A DNA stretch of 64,000 nt, taken from positions 69,750,001-69,814,000 of the forward strand of contig NC_043006.1 in NCBI RefSeq assembly GCF_006345805.1, given 5' to 3'. The notes beneath the pieces were generated by a model. That model searched no databases. It was not told where the DNA came from and saw only the letters and a list, made by a program, of their open reading frames with translations. Each line of letters opens with the position of its first letter. The first letter of the stretch is position 1. The translations under genes were made by a program, and so were the position numbers. Shown here in pieces: positions 26,207-39,191 of the stretch. The DNA is from Octopus sinensis (Eukaryota).

Positions 26207-26250
<44 letters not shown>

Positions 26251-26426
26251 TACACGCACACACGTCAACTCAATCACGTGATAAGAGAAGCCACAATTAA
26301 AGAAAACACTCAAAACATTTTGTTTCGAATATAGAATATATTAAGGGTAATATCTTGTGGTTTTTAGACTTCTTCACTTGTTAAGATATATATATATATA
26401 TATATATATAATCTGCAACATAATTT

Positions 26427-26925
26427 CTTTTCCTCAACAGGCCCTGCCCTATTTAACAGTCTCGAGGGAGATCAAAGAGGAAAAGGATCCCATCAACTTT
26501 AAACAGAGTCTGGATAGATTCCTTCAAAGAATACCAGATAAGCCACCCATAATTGGATACAACTCACCCAACAAGAACTCACTACTTGAACAAAACTGGA
26601 TACAACTCACCCAACAAGAACTCACTACTTGAACAAAACTTGACTTAAACAACACTTGACTTAAACAACACTTGACTTAAACAACACTTGACTTAAACAA
26701 CACTTGACTTAAACAACACTTGACTTAAACAACACTTGACTTAAACAACACTTGACTTAAACAACACTTGACTTAAACAACACTTGACTTAAACAACACT
26801 TGACTTAAACAACACTTGACTTAAACAAAACTTGACTTAAACAAGGATTCGAATAATCCTATCAAGTGGTGCTATTAAGTTAGACATGGCCTGGACCAAT
26901 CTTTGGTCGAAACATATCTAAGTCT
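26427..26925 (+). mobile_element. CR1-like LINE 3' end containing a minisatellite
   Basis: GPALFNSL..REIKEEKDPINFKQSLDRFLQRIPDKPPIIGYNSPNKNSLLE matches the invertebrate CR1-group ORF2 C-terminus. Confidence 0.75.
26639..26844. repeat. 13 copies of 16-bp CTTGACTTAAACAACA
   Basis: Units every 16 bp from 26639 to 26831, essentially invariant; preceded by a 43-bp duplication (26556-26640). Confidence 0.95.
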
Positions 26926-27481
26926 ATCCGTTCTGATTGAAAAATATGATAATCTTTTTCGAGCGAAACAAGTCTGAAGACCGTAAAATATAGCTACACT
27001 TTATATTCATAAAAAATCGTTCACGTAATAAATTGCTCGCAAATTGCTTTATCACGCAGGATCGGTTTTAAATGTTTATCACCGTTGCTACTCAAAGTTC
27101 CACGTTACTTCAATCGTTCAGATTATTTAAGGAGAAAAATATAAGGGGATGAGGCATAGTTTCCTAACTAAATGCATGAGATGAGGACTACAACATCATA
27201 TCTCATTCTCTTTTCTCCTCTAATTTTCTAATGTAGGCTGCCCCGTTGCTTAAACAAAAACAGAAGTGAAATTTTACGGTCTCGGTTTCGTTACGGATGA
27301 TGATGATGATGATGATGATAACGATGGTAGTGATGATGATGGTGTTGATGCTGATCGTGACGATAACGATGACAAAGATGGCGGAGAGGATATGATATGC
27401 TACTGTTGTTGTGGTTAGCACAAAGCAGGTTCGGTTCCAGCAAACATTATCAAACACGTCCCAGCTCTGACCATTCCATAT

Positions 27482-27690
27482 CTTTTATCTTCTACTTGTC
27501 TCAGTCATTAGACTGCGGCCATGCTGGGGCACCGCCCTGAAGAATTTTAGTCGAACGAATCGACCCCAGCCCTTTTTTATTTTTTAACCTGCCACTTAGC
27601 CTATCGGTGCCTTTAGCCGAACAGATCGTTACAGTAACATAAACATAGCAACACCGGTTGTCAAGCGGTGATGGAGGACAAACACACAGA
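27482..27690 (-). mobile_element. SINE family A, tail half
   Basis: Reverse-complement tail blocks. Confidence 0.8.
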
Positions 27691-28154
27691 TTACATATGC
27701 ATTTCGATTGAATACCCTGCGAGTTTACACGAGGACCCACGAGCGACAATGTAAACTTCATTTAATCAAGGTATCCTTGGTCTGAAGCGTAGCTTGCGGT
27801 CTAACCCCCATCCCCGTTTGGATAATTACTACTTCTAAAGTTCCGTTAGCCATGAAACATATGTAGCCTGAATTTTATCAGCTCCATTCTCTTATTTTGG
27901 GATATTTATTTGCATATGCAGCAACCCCAGTTGCCTATTACAACCTTCTGCTCCAATAAACCACTGTTGTTTCTGAAAGTTGTTTTTAAAATCTTCTACG
28001 GACTGCTTGAAGTTCACTAATTTCCTGCACCTTGCTCCTTGTATCTTTCCTTTAAATACACACACACACACATAGCGAAACACCTAAGTTCTACGTGGCT
28101 CCGGCAGAAGGTAATGCCGAACTTCTGACTCTTCTGCCACAAGTTTCTCTCACT

Positions 28155-28557
28155 AAGGCAGCGAGCTGGCAGAATCGTTAGCACGCCGGGCGAAATGCTT
28201 AGCGGTATTTCGTCTGCCACTACGTTCTGAGTTCAAATTCCGCCGAGGTCGACTTTGCCTTTCATCCTTTCGGGGTAGATAAGTACCAGTTACGCGTTGG
28301 GGCCGATGTAATCGACGTAATCTCTTTGTTTGTCCTTGTTTGTCCCTTCTATGTTTAGCCCCTTGTGGGTAGTAAAAAATTAGGTATTTCGTCTGCCGTT
28401 ACGTTCTGAGTTCAAATTCTTCCGCGGTCGACTTTGCCTTTCATCCTTTCGGGTTAGATAAGTACCAGTTACGCGCTGGGGCCGATGTAATCGACTTAAT
28501 CTCTTTGTTCTTTTTTGTACCCTCTATGTTTAGCCACTTGTGGGCAATAAAGAAATA
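28155..28557 (+). mobile_element. SINE family B head-to-tail dimer
   Basis: One head, then body+tail twice; junction ..AAAAATTA|GGTATTTCGTC at 28382/28383. Confidence 0.9.
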
Positions 28558-29014
28558 TGAAACGTTAGCACGACCTAACCCTAACCCCAAAAAACAGAAA
28601 AAAAGACAAGAAAAAAACAACAGCAGAAGGAAAAGTATTTATAAGACGCACTGCGAAGGAAAGCTAGAGTGGTTGTTTTACGTTTCGAATAAAGTTCTTC
28701 TTCGGAAACAGGAGACAAAGGAAAGTCCAAAAGAAAAGGAAGGAGGGAGGAGGAAAATAAATAGCCAACAGTCCACGTGTAATTACATTTTTGAAATGAC
28801 CGGAAGTAGAAGAACAAAGTGATTTCTGGGACAGGAGAGTATAAAGATTAGTTGGTATCTGTGGGTATATATGGGTGTGCGCGCATATGTGTGCAGTGGA
28901 ATGTGTGTGTGTTGGCGTATGTATGCATGTATGGTAGCGTGTGTGTGTGGCAGTAACTGAGTGTATGTGTGCATGTGGTGGTGACCAGCGTGTGTAAGGC
29001 AACGTGTGCGTGAT

Positions 29015-29165
29015 ATAACGGGCTTCTTTCATGTTTCAGTTTCCGTCTACAACCACCCACACAGCTTTTGGTCTACTATAAAAAAAATACATGCCCAAGG
29101 TGCCACGCACTGGGACTGAACTTGGAACCAAGTGGCTAGGAGGCAAATTTCTTACCACACAGCCA
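29015..29165 (-). mobile_element. SINE family A head half
   Basis: Reverse-complement head. Confidence 0.75.
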
Positions 29166-29210
29166 TGCATGGTTTCTTTTTATTTTCTTGTTCTTTTTCC
29201 CAGACATGGA

Positions 29211-29485
29211 AGCACTCCGTCGGTTACGACGATGAGGGTTCCGGTTGATCCGAATCAACGGAACAGCCTGCTCGTGAAATTAACGTGTAAGTGGCTGAGC
29301 ACTCCACAGAAACGTGCACCCTTAACGTAGTTCTCGGGGATATTCAGCGTGACACAGAGAGTGACAAGGCCGGCCCCTTGAAATACAGGTACAACAGAAA
29401 CAGGAAGTAAGAGTGAGAGAAAGTTGTGGTGAAAGAGTACAGCAGGGATCACCACCATCCCCTGCCTGGGCCATTGCGCCTCCAC
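29211..29485 (-). mobile_element. SINE family C with RTE-type tail, internal deletion
   Basis: Head GTGGAGGCGCAATGGCCCA fused to GGCAGGGGATGGTGG..; tail CGTCGTAACCGACGGAGTGC. Confidence 0.8.
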
Positions 29486-29650
29486 CCAGACATACTATGT
29501 TTCTGACTACAGTACGCGTTATATCTGAATTGCTTCGAGACAAAAAGATTTGATTTAAAAGTGATTATGCTGCTGTTTCTAGCAGATCGAGCGACTCTGT
29601 CGAAGCGAACTCGTTTGCTTGGTGTTGCTTTGTTTGTTCTTTTTCTTCTT

Positions 29651-29681
<31 letters not shown>

Positions 29682-30024
29682 TTGCTGCTCGTGGTAGGAG
29701 TGGTGGCGGTAATGGTTTAATGCTAGTCCTGCTGCTATTCTTCGTCTTGTTATTGTTGTCTGTGGTGATAGTGGTGGTAAAATGTTGCTGTTGTGTTTAT
29801 TGCTGATGCAGCTGTTACGGTTGCTGTTGTATAGCGTTTATTGTTGCATTGCTGATGTTTTTGTTGTTATCGTAGTTGTTGTTGTTGTACGGTTTTGTTG
29901 CTATTGTTGTTGTTATCAGCGTTATCTTTTATTACAGACCTTCAATATTTATTGTGTACGTATATGTATATGTGCATAAACGTTGGCATATCTGTTCGAC
30001 TCATACACACATACATACATACAT

Positions 30025-30058
<34 letters not shown>

Positions 30059-30098
30059 CATATATATACAAAAACACGCACACGAGCATATATATATA

Positions 30099-30131
<33 letters not shown>

Positions 30132-30796
30132 CAAAAACACGCACACGAGCATATATATATATGTGTGTGTGTGTGTGTCAGTGCGTGCGTATTATTACAT
30201 ACATACATACATACATACACACACACACATTTGTGTGTAGTTGAATGAATGTTTCGGTGTGTGTGTGTGTGTGTGTGTGTTGAGAGAAAGTTTGTGGAAA
30301 GGAGCGAGGAGGTGGATATCTAGGGTGGAAGAATTGATAATTTGATATATGAATGGCAGATAATAAAATATGCGAGATGAAGGAGGAGGAGGAGATGAAA
30401 GATGAAAGAGTGAGAGTACAAAGATAAAGGAATAGAGAAGACAGAGAGAGAGGGGGGGAAGGCACACACAGAATATGCGAATGAGAAACAAGACGATGGG
30501 GAAGAAAATATGAAGAGCGCGAATGATAGGAACTTGGATAAAAAGAGAGAGCAAAAGAGAGAAATGATAGGAGGTAAGTTAGGGGATAGAAAATAATTCG
30601 AGTAAATATTGTATGGGGTACATACTAAACTTAGTGTTGCATTACATGTGTGATACCCTAACTTATTTGAAGTTAGGGTGCAGGTCTAACGGTGCCCCAC
30701 CCTTAAGTATTTGGCCATTGATTTCTTGTTGATCTTATGATAAACTTTGTCACTTAAGTTAGTGTATATGGGGCATATTATTTTGCATAATGTCTA

Positions 30797-31044
30797 CTGA
30801 AAAGTTCTTGGCTTTGGGTAAAAGAAAATACAGGAGGATCAGTTAACTGTGATTTTATTCATCATAGGCGCAGGAGTGGCTGTGTGGTAAGTAGCTTGGT
30901 TACCAACAACATGGTTCTGGGTTCAGTCCCACTTCGTGGCATCTTGGGCAAGTGTCTTCTACTATAGCCTCGGGCCGACCAAAGCCTTGTGTGTGGATTT
31001 GGTAGAGAGAAACTGAAAGAAGCCCGTCGTATATATGTGTGTAT

Positions 31045-31101
<57 letters not shown>

Positions 31102-31452
31102 ATATATGTTTGTGTGTCTGTTCCCCAACATCACTTGACAACCGATGCTGGTGTGTTTACGTCCCCGTAACTTTGTGGGTCAGCAAAAGAGACCGATATA
31201 ATAAATACTAGGCTTACAAAGAATAAGTCCTGGGGACGATTTGCTCGACTGAAGGCGGTGCACCAGCATGGCCGCAGTCAAATGACAAACAAATAAAAGA
31301 GTAACATATTCCCCTCTCAGATTTACACACTTATTGCAGTGAACCTTCGGTTTTATTTAAGCCCTGTCAAATAACTCGGAAGGCTCAGCCTCCAGCCTGG
31401 CCTTTCACGACACCCTTAAAGCCAAGAACTTTCAGCATCCCACATCCCCTCG
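30797..31452. mobile_element. Mariner-type MITE split by a family A SINE (30867-31302)
   Basis: TIR pieces CTGAAAAGTTCTTGGC and GCCAAGAACTTTCAGC..CCCCTCG; internal sequence matches 31471-31674; imperfect duplication ATCATA/AACATA at the SINE ends. Confidence 0.85.
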
Positions 31453-31470
31453 TACACACACACACACACA

Positions 31471-31674
31471 TGAGGGGGTGCTGAAAGGTTCCTGGCTTTG
31501 AGTAAAAGAAAATATAGAAGGATCAGTTAATTGTGATTTTATTCCCCTCTCAGATTCACACTCTTATTGCAGTGGTCCTTAAGTTTTTCTAAACCTAAAA
31601 GAACTCGGAAGGTTGAACCTCCAGCCAGTCTTTTCACGGAACCCTTAAAGCCAGGAACTTTTCAGCACCCCTCG
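31471..31674. mobile_element. Mariner-type MITE
   Basis: TIRs GAGGGGGTGCTGAAAGGTTCCTGGCTTT / AAAGCCAGGAACTTTTCAGCACCCCTCG. Confidence 0.9.
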
Positions 31675-31702
31675 TGCATATGTGCATTAGACAATAAATG
31701 TA

Positions 31703-32060
31703 TTGTAAGTGTGGTAAGAAGCTGTCTTCCAAACCACAAGGTTCAGGGTTCATCCCCAATGCGTGGCATCTTGAGCAAATAATGCCCTCTACTGTAGCCC
31801 CGAACCGACCAAAGCCTTGTAGGTGTATTTAGTAGACGGAAACTGAAAGAAGCCTGTCGTGTTCATATATTTGTCGTTACATTTGTGCTTGTCCTCTATC
31901 ATCGCTTAACACACGGTGCTGGTTTGTTTACGCCCCCCCGTACCCTAACGGTTCGGCAAAAGACACCAGGCTTTTGAAAAAAAATCCTGTAGTTGATTTA
32001 TTCGAGTAAAATCCTTTGGCTGGAGCCACAGTACAACCACAGTTCAATGAGAAACAAAGA
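31703..32060 (+). mobile_element. SINE family A, diverged
   Basis: Head and central blocks recognisable. Confidence 0.7.
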
Positions 32061-32439
32061 TAAAACAAATGTATAGATAGTTGCATTAGGCTGGTTTTAG
32101 TGTGTGTGTGTGTGTGTGCGCGCAAAAAAAAAATCTATTCTCGTTTCTTTTCCTTTAACCAAACATAAGAGAGAAACGATCGAATAGTAACGAAATTTCA
32201 GCGTAGTACGAGAAATAAGACACCAATGACAAAAGCAATTCACCTGACGATCGCAGCAGCGTGAGACACGAATTATGAATAAAGGAAATTCATTTTAAAT
32301 AAAGCCATAAGCTCTATGGCTTTTTTCTGAGTTCTCCCTTCATTCGACAAAAAATTAGCATTTGCGTGCGCGCGCGTGTGTATGTGGAGAGAGAGAGAGA
32401 GAAAGAGAGAGACGGGCATTGAGAACTGTGTGTGTGTGT

Positions 32440-32597
32440 TTAGTCTGCCGTTACGTTCTGAGTTCAAATTCCGTCGAATTTATCGGGATCGATAAATTAT
32501 GTACCAATTACGCACTGGGGTCGATGTAATCGACTTAATTCGTTTGTCTGTTCTTCTTTGTCCCCTCTATGTTTAGCCCCTTGTGGGTAATAAAGAA

Positions 32598-32598
<1 letters not shown>
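32440..32598 (+). mobile_element. SINE family B, headless
   Basis: GTCTGCCGTTACGTTCTGAGTTCAAATTCC..GGGTAATAAAGAAA. Confidence 0.85.
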
Positions 32599-32642
<44 letters not shown>

Positions 32643-33289
32643 TGTATAGACTGAGAGAGAGAAAGATAGATCTGTTCTGAAGAACTCAGCTAAACCGAAA
32701 CTTTGAAGTTACTTTTAACTCTTTCGTTCTAAAAATAAAACAAATGTGACATTCTACCAAAATTATTTAGCCATTCTTCACTCAACATAAGCTGCTTTTT
32801 ATAAACATACACACAACATACACACGTGTGCATAAAACATAAAGACAACCATACGCATGAGTACATTAGGTCACTGTGAGGCCAGTACTAGCAGGTCATT
32901 TAGTATAACCTGTTGTAAGGTCTGGTGCTCGGCGCCCGAAGAGACACCTGAACCAAGCTACCAAGGTAAGGAGGGTTGCTAGAAATTCAACTGGATAAAA
33001 AACACAATATCTGTCAAAAGGACAGATAAGATCAATACAGGGTCATCAACTCTGAGTCATTAGCGCAGGACAGGAGCCTGCTGAGTTGCAAGATCACCCG
33101 TTATAGCATTTCTCTAGGTCAAGTTCTGTTATAAAACCCGTTAATATTGCTGAGATAGATGTCCCGCTCTGGCTTGCCTCGGGGCTCCTTGGCTTTGATG
33201 GAGAATATCGTACAAGCTGTTAAGCAGACAACAGTTTGCAAAAGAGGTGGTGTTGTACAAGCTGTTATCAACTTGCACTAGCATTATTG

Positions 33290-33675
33290 AGGAGTGGCTG
33301 TGTAGTAAGTAGTTTGCTTACCAACCACATGGTTCTGGGTTCATTCCCACTGCGCGGCACCTTGGGCAAGTGTATTCTACTATAGCTTCGGGCCGACCAA
33401 AGCTTCGTGAGTGGATTTAGTGGCCGGAAAAGGAAAGAAGCCCGTCGTATATATGTATATGTCTGTGTATATATTTGTGTGTCTGTGCCCCTCCCCCACC
33501 AGCATCGGTTTTATTTACGTCCCCGTAAGCTAGCGGTTCGGCAAAGGAGACCGATAGAATAAGTACTAGGCTTAGGCTTACAAAGAATAAGTCCTGGGAT
33601 CGATTTGTTCGACTAAAGGTGGTGCTCCAGCATGGCCGCAGTCAAATGACTGAAACAAGTAAAAGATTAAAAGAG
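33290..33675 (+). mobile_element. SINE family A
   Basis: Head through tail. Confidence 0.9.
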
Positions 33676-34007
33676 TAATTTCCGCTAATCGCCAGTGGTG
33701 GTCATTCTAATACAGCGGCTGTACAGCTACTTCACTCTTATCCCCACACACATACACAAGCAATAAATAGTATTTACCCTTCAAGTGATGAAATATAGCT
33801 TAATTGTGCACAGATGCAGCTTTTCTGCAAAGCTGATGTGCAATATGCATATGTATAGCAACAGTCAACGAGACTTCTTTGCATGCACTCATGAATTGTG
33901 TGTGGTGTCGAAGCGCGGATAGATAAATGCATGTTCAAAACCTGTATGCTTCTTTGAGGATGTGTGCACCGTTAAATGTTCAGCACACGTGTGTATTTGT
34001 CTGCGCA

Positions 34008-34054
<47 letters not shown>

Positions 34055-34385
34055 GATATGCATTTTTACATACAACCATTTATACATACATAGATGTTTG
34101 TATACGTGTGGGTGTGTGCGCGCAGGTCAAGCTGTGTTGTTAAGCAGCTCGCTCTGCAACCACGCTCTTTTGGGTTCAATCTCACTCCGCGGTGTTTTCC
34201 ACTATTGCCCCGGGTTAACCTATGCATTGTAGAATTTGGTAAGCGGAAACTATGTGTGTGTGGGTAGGTACATACACACGTACGTTTGTTTACGTCCCGG
34301 TAATACTTTATTTCATCGATCTCAGATAAATTTTAGTCGACAGATCTTAACTCATAACTTAAAGAACCTTAACTAACATAATCTT

Positions 34386-34742
34386 AGGAGTGGCTGTGTG
34401 GTAAGTAGTTTGCTTACGAACCACATGGTTCCGGGTTCAGTCCCACTTCGTGGCACCTTGGGCCGACCAAAGCCTTGTGAGTGAATTTGGTAGACGGAAA
34501 ATGAAAGAAGCCCGTCGTATATATGTATGTATATATGCGCGGGTGTGTGTGTGTTTGTCCCCCCAACATCACTTGACAACCGATGCTGGTGTGTTTACGC
34601 CCCCGTAAATTAGCAGTTCGGGAAACGGGACCGATAGAATAAGTACTAGGCTTACAAAGAATAAGTCCTAGGGTCGATTTGATCGACTAAAGTCGGTGCT
34701 CCAGCATGGCCATAGTCAAATGACTGAAACAAGTAAAAGAGA
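34386..34742 (+). mobile_element. SINE family A with internal deletion
   Basis: Head through tail; lacks the CAAGTGTCTT..GCCTCGG segment. Confidence 0.9.
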
Positions 34743-34759
34743 AAATAGCCACCATCATT

Positions 34760-36340
34760 TAATCCGGTGCTCTAACAATTCTGTTAATCCACCACTTTAT
34801 AATAAAAATTAAAATAATTATTTCTAATCCAGTCACAAAACCGGATATCTTGAAGGAGGGGACAAATCGGCCACACTGAACCCAGTGTTTGACTGGTTCT
34901 TATTTCATTGACTCAAAAAAAGATGCAAGGCAAAATCAACCTCGGTGGAATTCGAACACAGAATGTAAGGAGACGGAAAAAATTCTGCTAGGCATTTCGC
35001 CCGACGCGCTAACGATACTGCCAACTTGCTGCCTTAATAGTAATCCTTTCTACTATAGGCACAACACCCGAAATTTGTGGGGAGGGGACTTAGTCGATTA
35101 CATCGACACCAGTGCGTAAACGGTACTTATTTAATTGACCCCGAAAGTATGAAAGGCAAAATCGACCTCGGAGGAATTTGAACTCAGAACGTAGCGGCAG
35201 ACGAAATGCCTATTTATTTCTTTACTACCCACAAGGGGCTAAACTCAGAGAGGACAAACAAGGACAGACACACGGATTAAGTCGATTATATCGACCCCAG
35301 TGCGTAACTGGTACTTATTTAATCGACCCCGAAAGGATGAAAAGCAAAGTCGACCTCGGCGAAATTTGAACTCAGAACATAAAGACGGACGAAATGTCGC
35401 TAAGTATTTTGCTCAGCATGCTAACGATTCTGCCAGTTTACCGCCTTCTAAATGTTAATTTCATGTTTTGGCACAAAGCCAGCAATTTCGTGGGATGGGT
35501 AAATCTATTACATCAACTCCAGTGCTCAACTGGTACTTACCTATGTTATCTAACATGAAAGGATGAAAAATAAAGTCGATCTGGTTAGAATTTGTACTCG
35601 GAATGTAATGAGCCGAAAGAAATGCCGCTCAGCATTTTGTTCGACGCGCTTAGAGCTTCTGACAGCTTACTGCTATAATAATAACTTGAACAAAAGCAAC
35701 TTGAACAAAAGCCAACCACTACCTCCAGAGAAACGGAAATACCACTGACGATTTTCACTTTGTATTGTATTAGTTATCAAATAACAAGCTTGAATGATCA
35801 CAGAGAGATTGTATTCGTCCCTTGAGGAACGGTAAGTATTAACTGGTGAACAAACAAGCAGTTTGTTGTAAACAAGGCAGGAAAATAAATAATCAGTGGT
35901 TCATTGGTAGTCCTAAGCTGAAAGATTGCAAGAAGAGAAATACCAGTTTAGTAGTGGCGCGAATTGTGTTTATTTTTTCTTCCACAATTGACTGAAATTT
36001 TATGGATGTGAGTCGATTACATTGCCCCCTGTGCTCAACTGGTATTTATTCTATCGACCCCGAAAGGGTGAAGGGTAAAGCTGACTCTTGCGGGCTTTGA
36101 GCTCAGCATGTAAAAAGTCAGAAGAAATGTCACTAAGAACGTTGTTCGACGTGCGAACGATTTTATTAGCTCAATACCTGTTTGTTTTTTTTATTCTTTC
36201 ATCTATGGTCACATGGCCCGAAAATTTGAGAAAGGGAGAATAAATTACATTGACCCTAGCGTTCAACTGGTTATTTTATCGACCCAGAAAGCGGGATTTG
36301 AAGTCAACATAACGACTGATGAAATGCACGCTGACGTTTA
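34760..36340 (-). mobile_element. Cluster of about six SINE family B copies/fragments, including a dimer at 35050-35450
   Basis: Repeated CTGGTACTTAT..CGACCCCGAAAG..GAATTTGAACTC blocks, all in the minus orientation. Confidence 0.85.
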
Positions 36341-36679
36341 TGCAAACGATATGGAATCTCAGCCCCAAATAACGGAGCACAAAAAACAAAAAGAAAAACT
36401 ATGTGGTTGGACCAAAATTGCACACACATCAAATTGATTCTATACAGAGAGAAACTCGGAGAACAAGAGGTGGAGGTCATCCAAGGTGACAACATGTTGC
36501 CTTCGATGTTTGCTTGATATCGATGAAGTTGATAGTGCGAAAAACAAGATTTAGTTATGAATGGTGGGGGAAGTAATTTATTATGAAGCATCTTTTTGTT
36601 CATGGAAGATTTTAAACTGTTCGGTGAGATCTAAAAACCAGAAAGTTCCTTTAGTTTAAAACTTTTCATTTATTTAAGT

Positions 36680-36900
36680 CGAAGAGGGCTAACTGTCACA
36701 GTATCGGCCGCTCTCTGACGTGTTTGCGGTTGAGCCTGTGGCAGTGGAGTCCTCCGGCGTTCTAGACATCCGGAGAGCATCCTTGCTCACTTTTATGGAG
36801 TCGGAGATGGCTAACTCGAAGTGCGAACCCCGTATCCAACGCATCTCCCTCACCATACTTCGGGGCTACGTCCGTCTGAACCATGAAGCGTACCCACCTT
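36680..36900 (+). mobile_element. CRE-like non-LTR retrotransposon, restriction-like endonuclease C-terminal remnant
   Basis: EEG*LSQYRPLSDVFAVEPVAVESSGVL..EPRIQRISLTILRG resembles the CRE-type motif F.PVAVET.GV....QR.S.AI.RG. Confidence 0.55.
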
Positions 36901-36974
36901 TAAATTACCTAAAGTTTAATAAAACAAAGGAACGGAATTCAGAGCAAAGCGGTGTGAAGACAATAGCAGTATTT

Positions 36975-37230
36975 GTGTTGGTGTTACGTAATGGTAAGGT
37001 AATGAAGAAGGTTGAAGAGGAAGAATATAAGCGTTTATCAATACTAGAAGTCGAGAAGAACAAAATTGAAACGAAAGAATTATTTGGAAAAAATACTCAA
37101 GATCAAAAGTTGTGTTAATTCAAAATGAAGCGGAAGGAACGTGATATTAACAAAATATTTACAAGCAGTATAGATAGAGTGTGGCTTGTAGAGGTTTTTG
37201 CCTCTATTATTTGCAGACCGTTTGTTCAGA
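36975..37230 (+). mobile_element. R4/Dong-like LINE RT fragment
   Basis: VLRNGKVMKKVEEEEYKRLSILEVEK..ETKELFGK resembles IVLPNGEVMKEVE.EGYKYLGILE.DKIKE.EMKE.F.K. Confidence 0.55.
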
Positions 37231-37673
37231 TTTACTTACTGTAGATTTGTTTCCGAAGTCGCTACTGAGATCAACTTTGCATGTCATCTAGCTGATTCAA
37301 ATCAAACACATACAACACACATAGACGTAACATATTCACATACACAATCTTAGCCTATAACACAGCAACGGACATCTTGCACACAATATATACATACACA
37401 CATTGTGTAAAATACGCATACGTTCGACTCTCCGGTTCATTACCTCCCTTTATTATCACTCTTTTAGTTTATAAAATTAACTCCATCATTTACTTCCCAC
37501 CATTATTACAAACAATCTCTCGCTTACTTCATTGTACAGAACTAGTTTATTTTCTCCGTTCTTGTACGTTTTCCCTTCTGTCTTTTCTTTGATGAAAACA
37601 AGGCTGAAACATAAGAACAGTCTTCATTCCAATTCTGTTTGTAACTCCGTTATCTGTTATATATATATATAAC

Positions 37674-37871
37674 CTTTACTCTTTTACTTGTTTCAGTCAT
37701 TTGACTGCGGCCATGCTGGAGCACCACCTTTAGTCGAGCAAATCGACCCATGACTTATTCTTTGGAAGCCTAGTACTTATTCTATCGGTCTCTTTTGCTG
37801 AACCGCCAAGTTACGGGGACGTAAACACACCAGCATCGGTTGTCAAGCGATGTTGGGGGAGAAACACAGAC

Positions 37872-37932
<61 letters not shown>

Positions 37933-38068
37933 GACGGGCTTCTTTTCAGTTTCCGTCTACCAAATCCACTCAAGGCTTTGGTCGGCCCGAGGCTATAGAA
38001 GACACTTGCCCAAGGCGCCACTGAACCCGGAACCATGTGAATGGTAAGCAAGCTACTTACCACACAGC

Positions 38069-38071
<3 letters not shown>
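37674..38071 (-). mobile_element. SINE family A
   Basis: Near-consensus reverse complement. Confidence 0.9.
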
Positions 38072-38106
<35 letters not shown>

Positions 38107-38113
<7 letters not shown>

Positions 38114-38375
38114 AAAGAATGAGTAGAGATGGCTTTTTTTGAGGAAATAATTTTTTTTATTTTAATCTTAATATTATAAACATTAAGTTTAAAATAATTA
38201 TTATTAAGATTATTATTGAGATTAAAATAACTATTATTAAGATTATTATTGAGATTAAAATAACTATTATTAAGATTATTATTAAGATTAAAATAACTAT
38301 TATTAAGATTATTATTAAGATTACAATAAAAATTATCTCTTCAAAAAAGCTATCTCTACTCATTCTTTCAAATAT
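38107..38375. mobile_element. AT-rich MITE with ~45-bp TIRs and an internal 33-bp tandem array
   Basis: ATATTTGAAAGAATGAGTAGAGAT(G/A)GCTTTTTT at both ends inverted; 4 x TTAAAATAACTATTATTAAGATTATTATT(G/A)AGA at 38189-38320. Confidence 0.85.
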
Positions 38376-39191
38376 GTATAATACTGTACCAAGAACTTGC
38401 TCTTTTTTATCCTACTACATATATATATAATGTTTCAGGCTTGTTGCATTAAGTTCAAGTCATTACTGAAGTTGGTTAGTAGATATAAAATGTTCATAAC
38501 CCCGCCACACATACAAAATTTATCTTTACACCTAAAACAAATGTCAATGTTACGACGCAATAAAGAAAGAACGGTAGACCACCAACTATAAAGACATGTG
38601 GTGTTTCGAGTAAACGAAGGAACCTCTATGTGATCTTTGGAGTTGCTTGAAATAGCAACCAAATCTTTCAGCCACATCCTACCGTTTTGCTAAAATTACA
38701 CATTACTGGATGTTGCAGTTCTAGATTCACAACACGATATTTGATTGTCACCTTTATCTACTGCGTTCAAATTCCATCGGGGTAAATAAAAGTACCAGTT
38801 ATATCTTGGGGTAATTTAATCGGTTAGTGTCACCTAAAATTCCTATGACTTGCTGTTAGAAATTATTCTCTATTTTTGTTAAAATTGATTTTGATTGTTG
38901 TCGCTATTATTATTGTTATTATTATTATTATTGTTGTTTTTTGATGATTTTGTTATTGTATTTTCCAGTCGTTATTGTTGTCGATGTTGGTGTTGTAATT
39001 GTCCCGGATGTCGGTACAAAGCGACTTCCATAGGATGTGGTAGCAAATCAAAATGGCGGATGTATCGTATTTTAAAGAGAGGATATTTAATCTGTGTGTG
39101 TGTGCGCGCGCGCGCTTTGGGAGGAGTAGTGGAAGTGACTGTGTGAGTAGCAGTGAGAGCGAGATGCGGACGAATAGAAGGAAAAAGCGGT

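Noticed and set aside
26639-26844. CRISPR-like appearance of regular short repeats (also 38189-38320, 39192-39420)
   Set aside because: Units are contiguous with no unique spacers; eukaryotic context; no cas genes.
32860-33280. Possible LINE 5'UTR
   Set aside because: Only a vague resemblance; no second copy or ORF in the window to support a call.
36720-37118. 132-aa ORF as a host gene
   Set aside because: Both halves look like LINE remnants; no splice or start context support.
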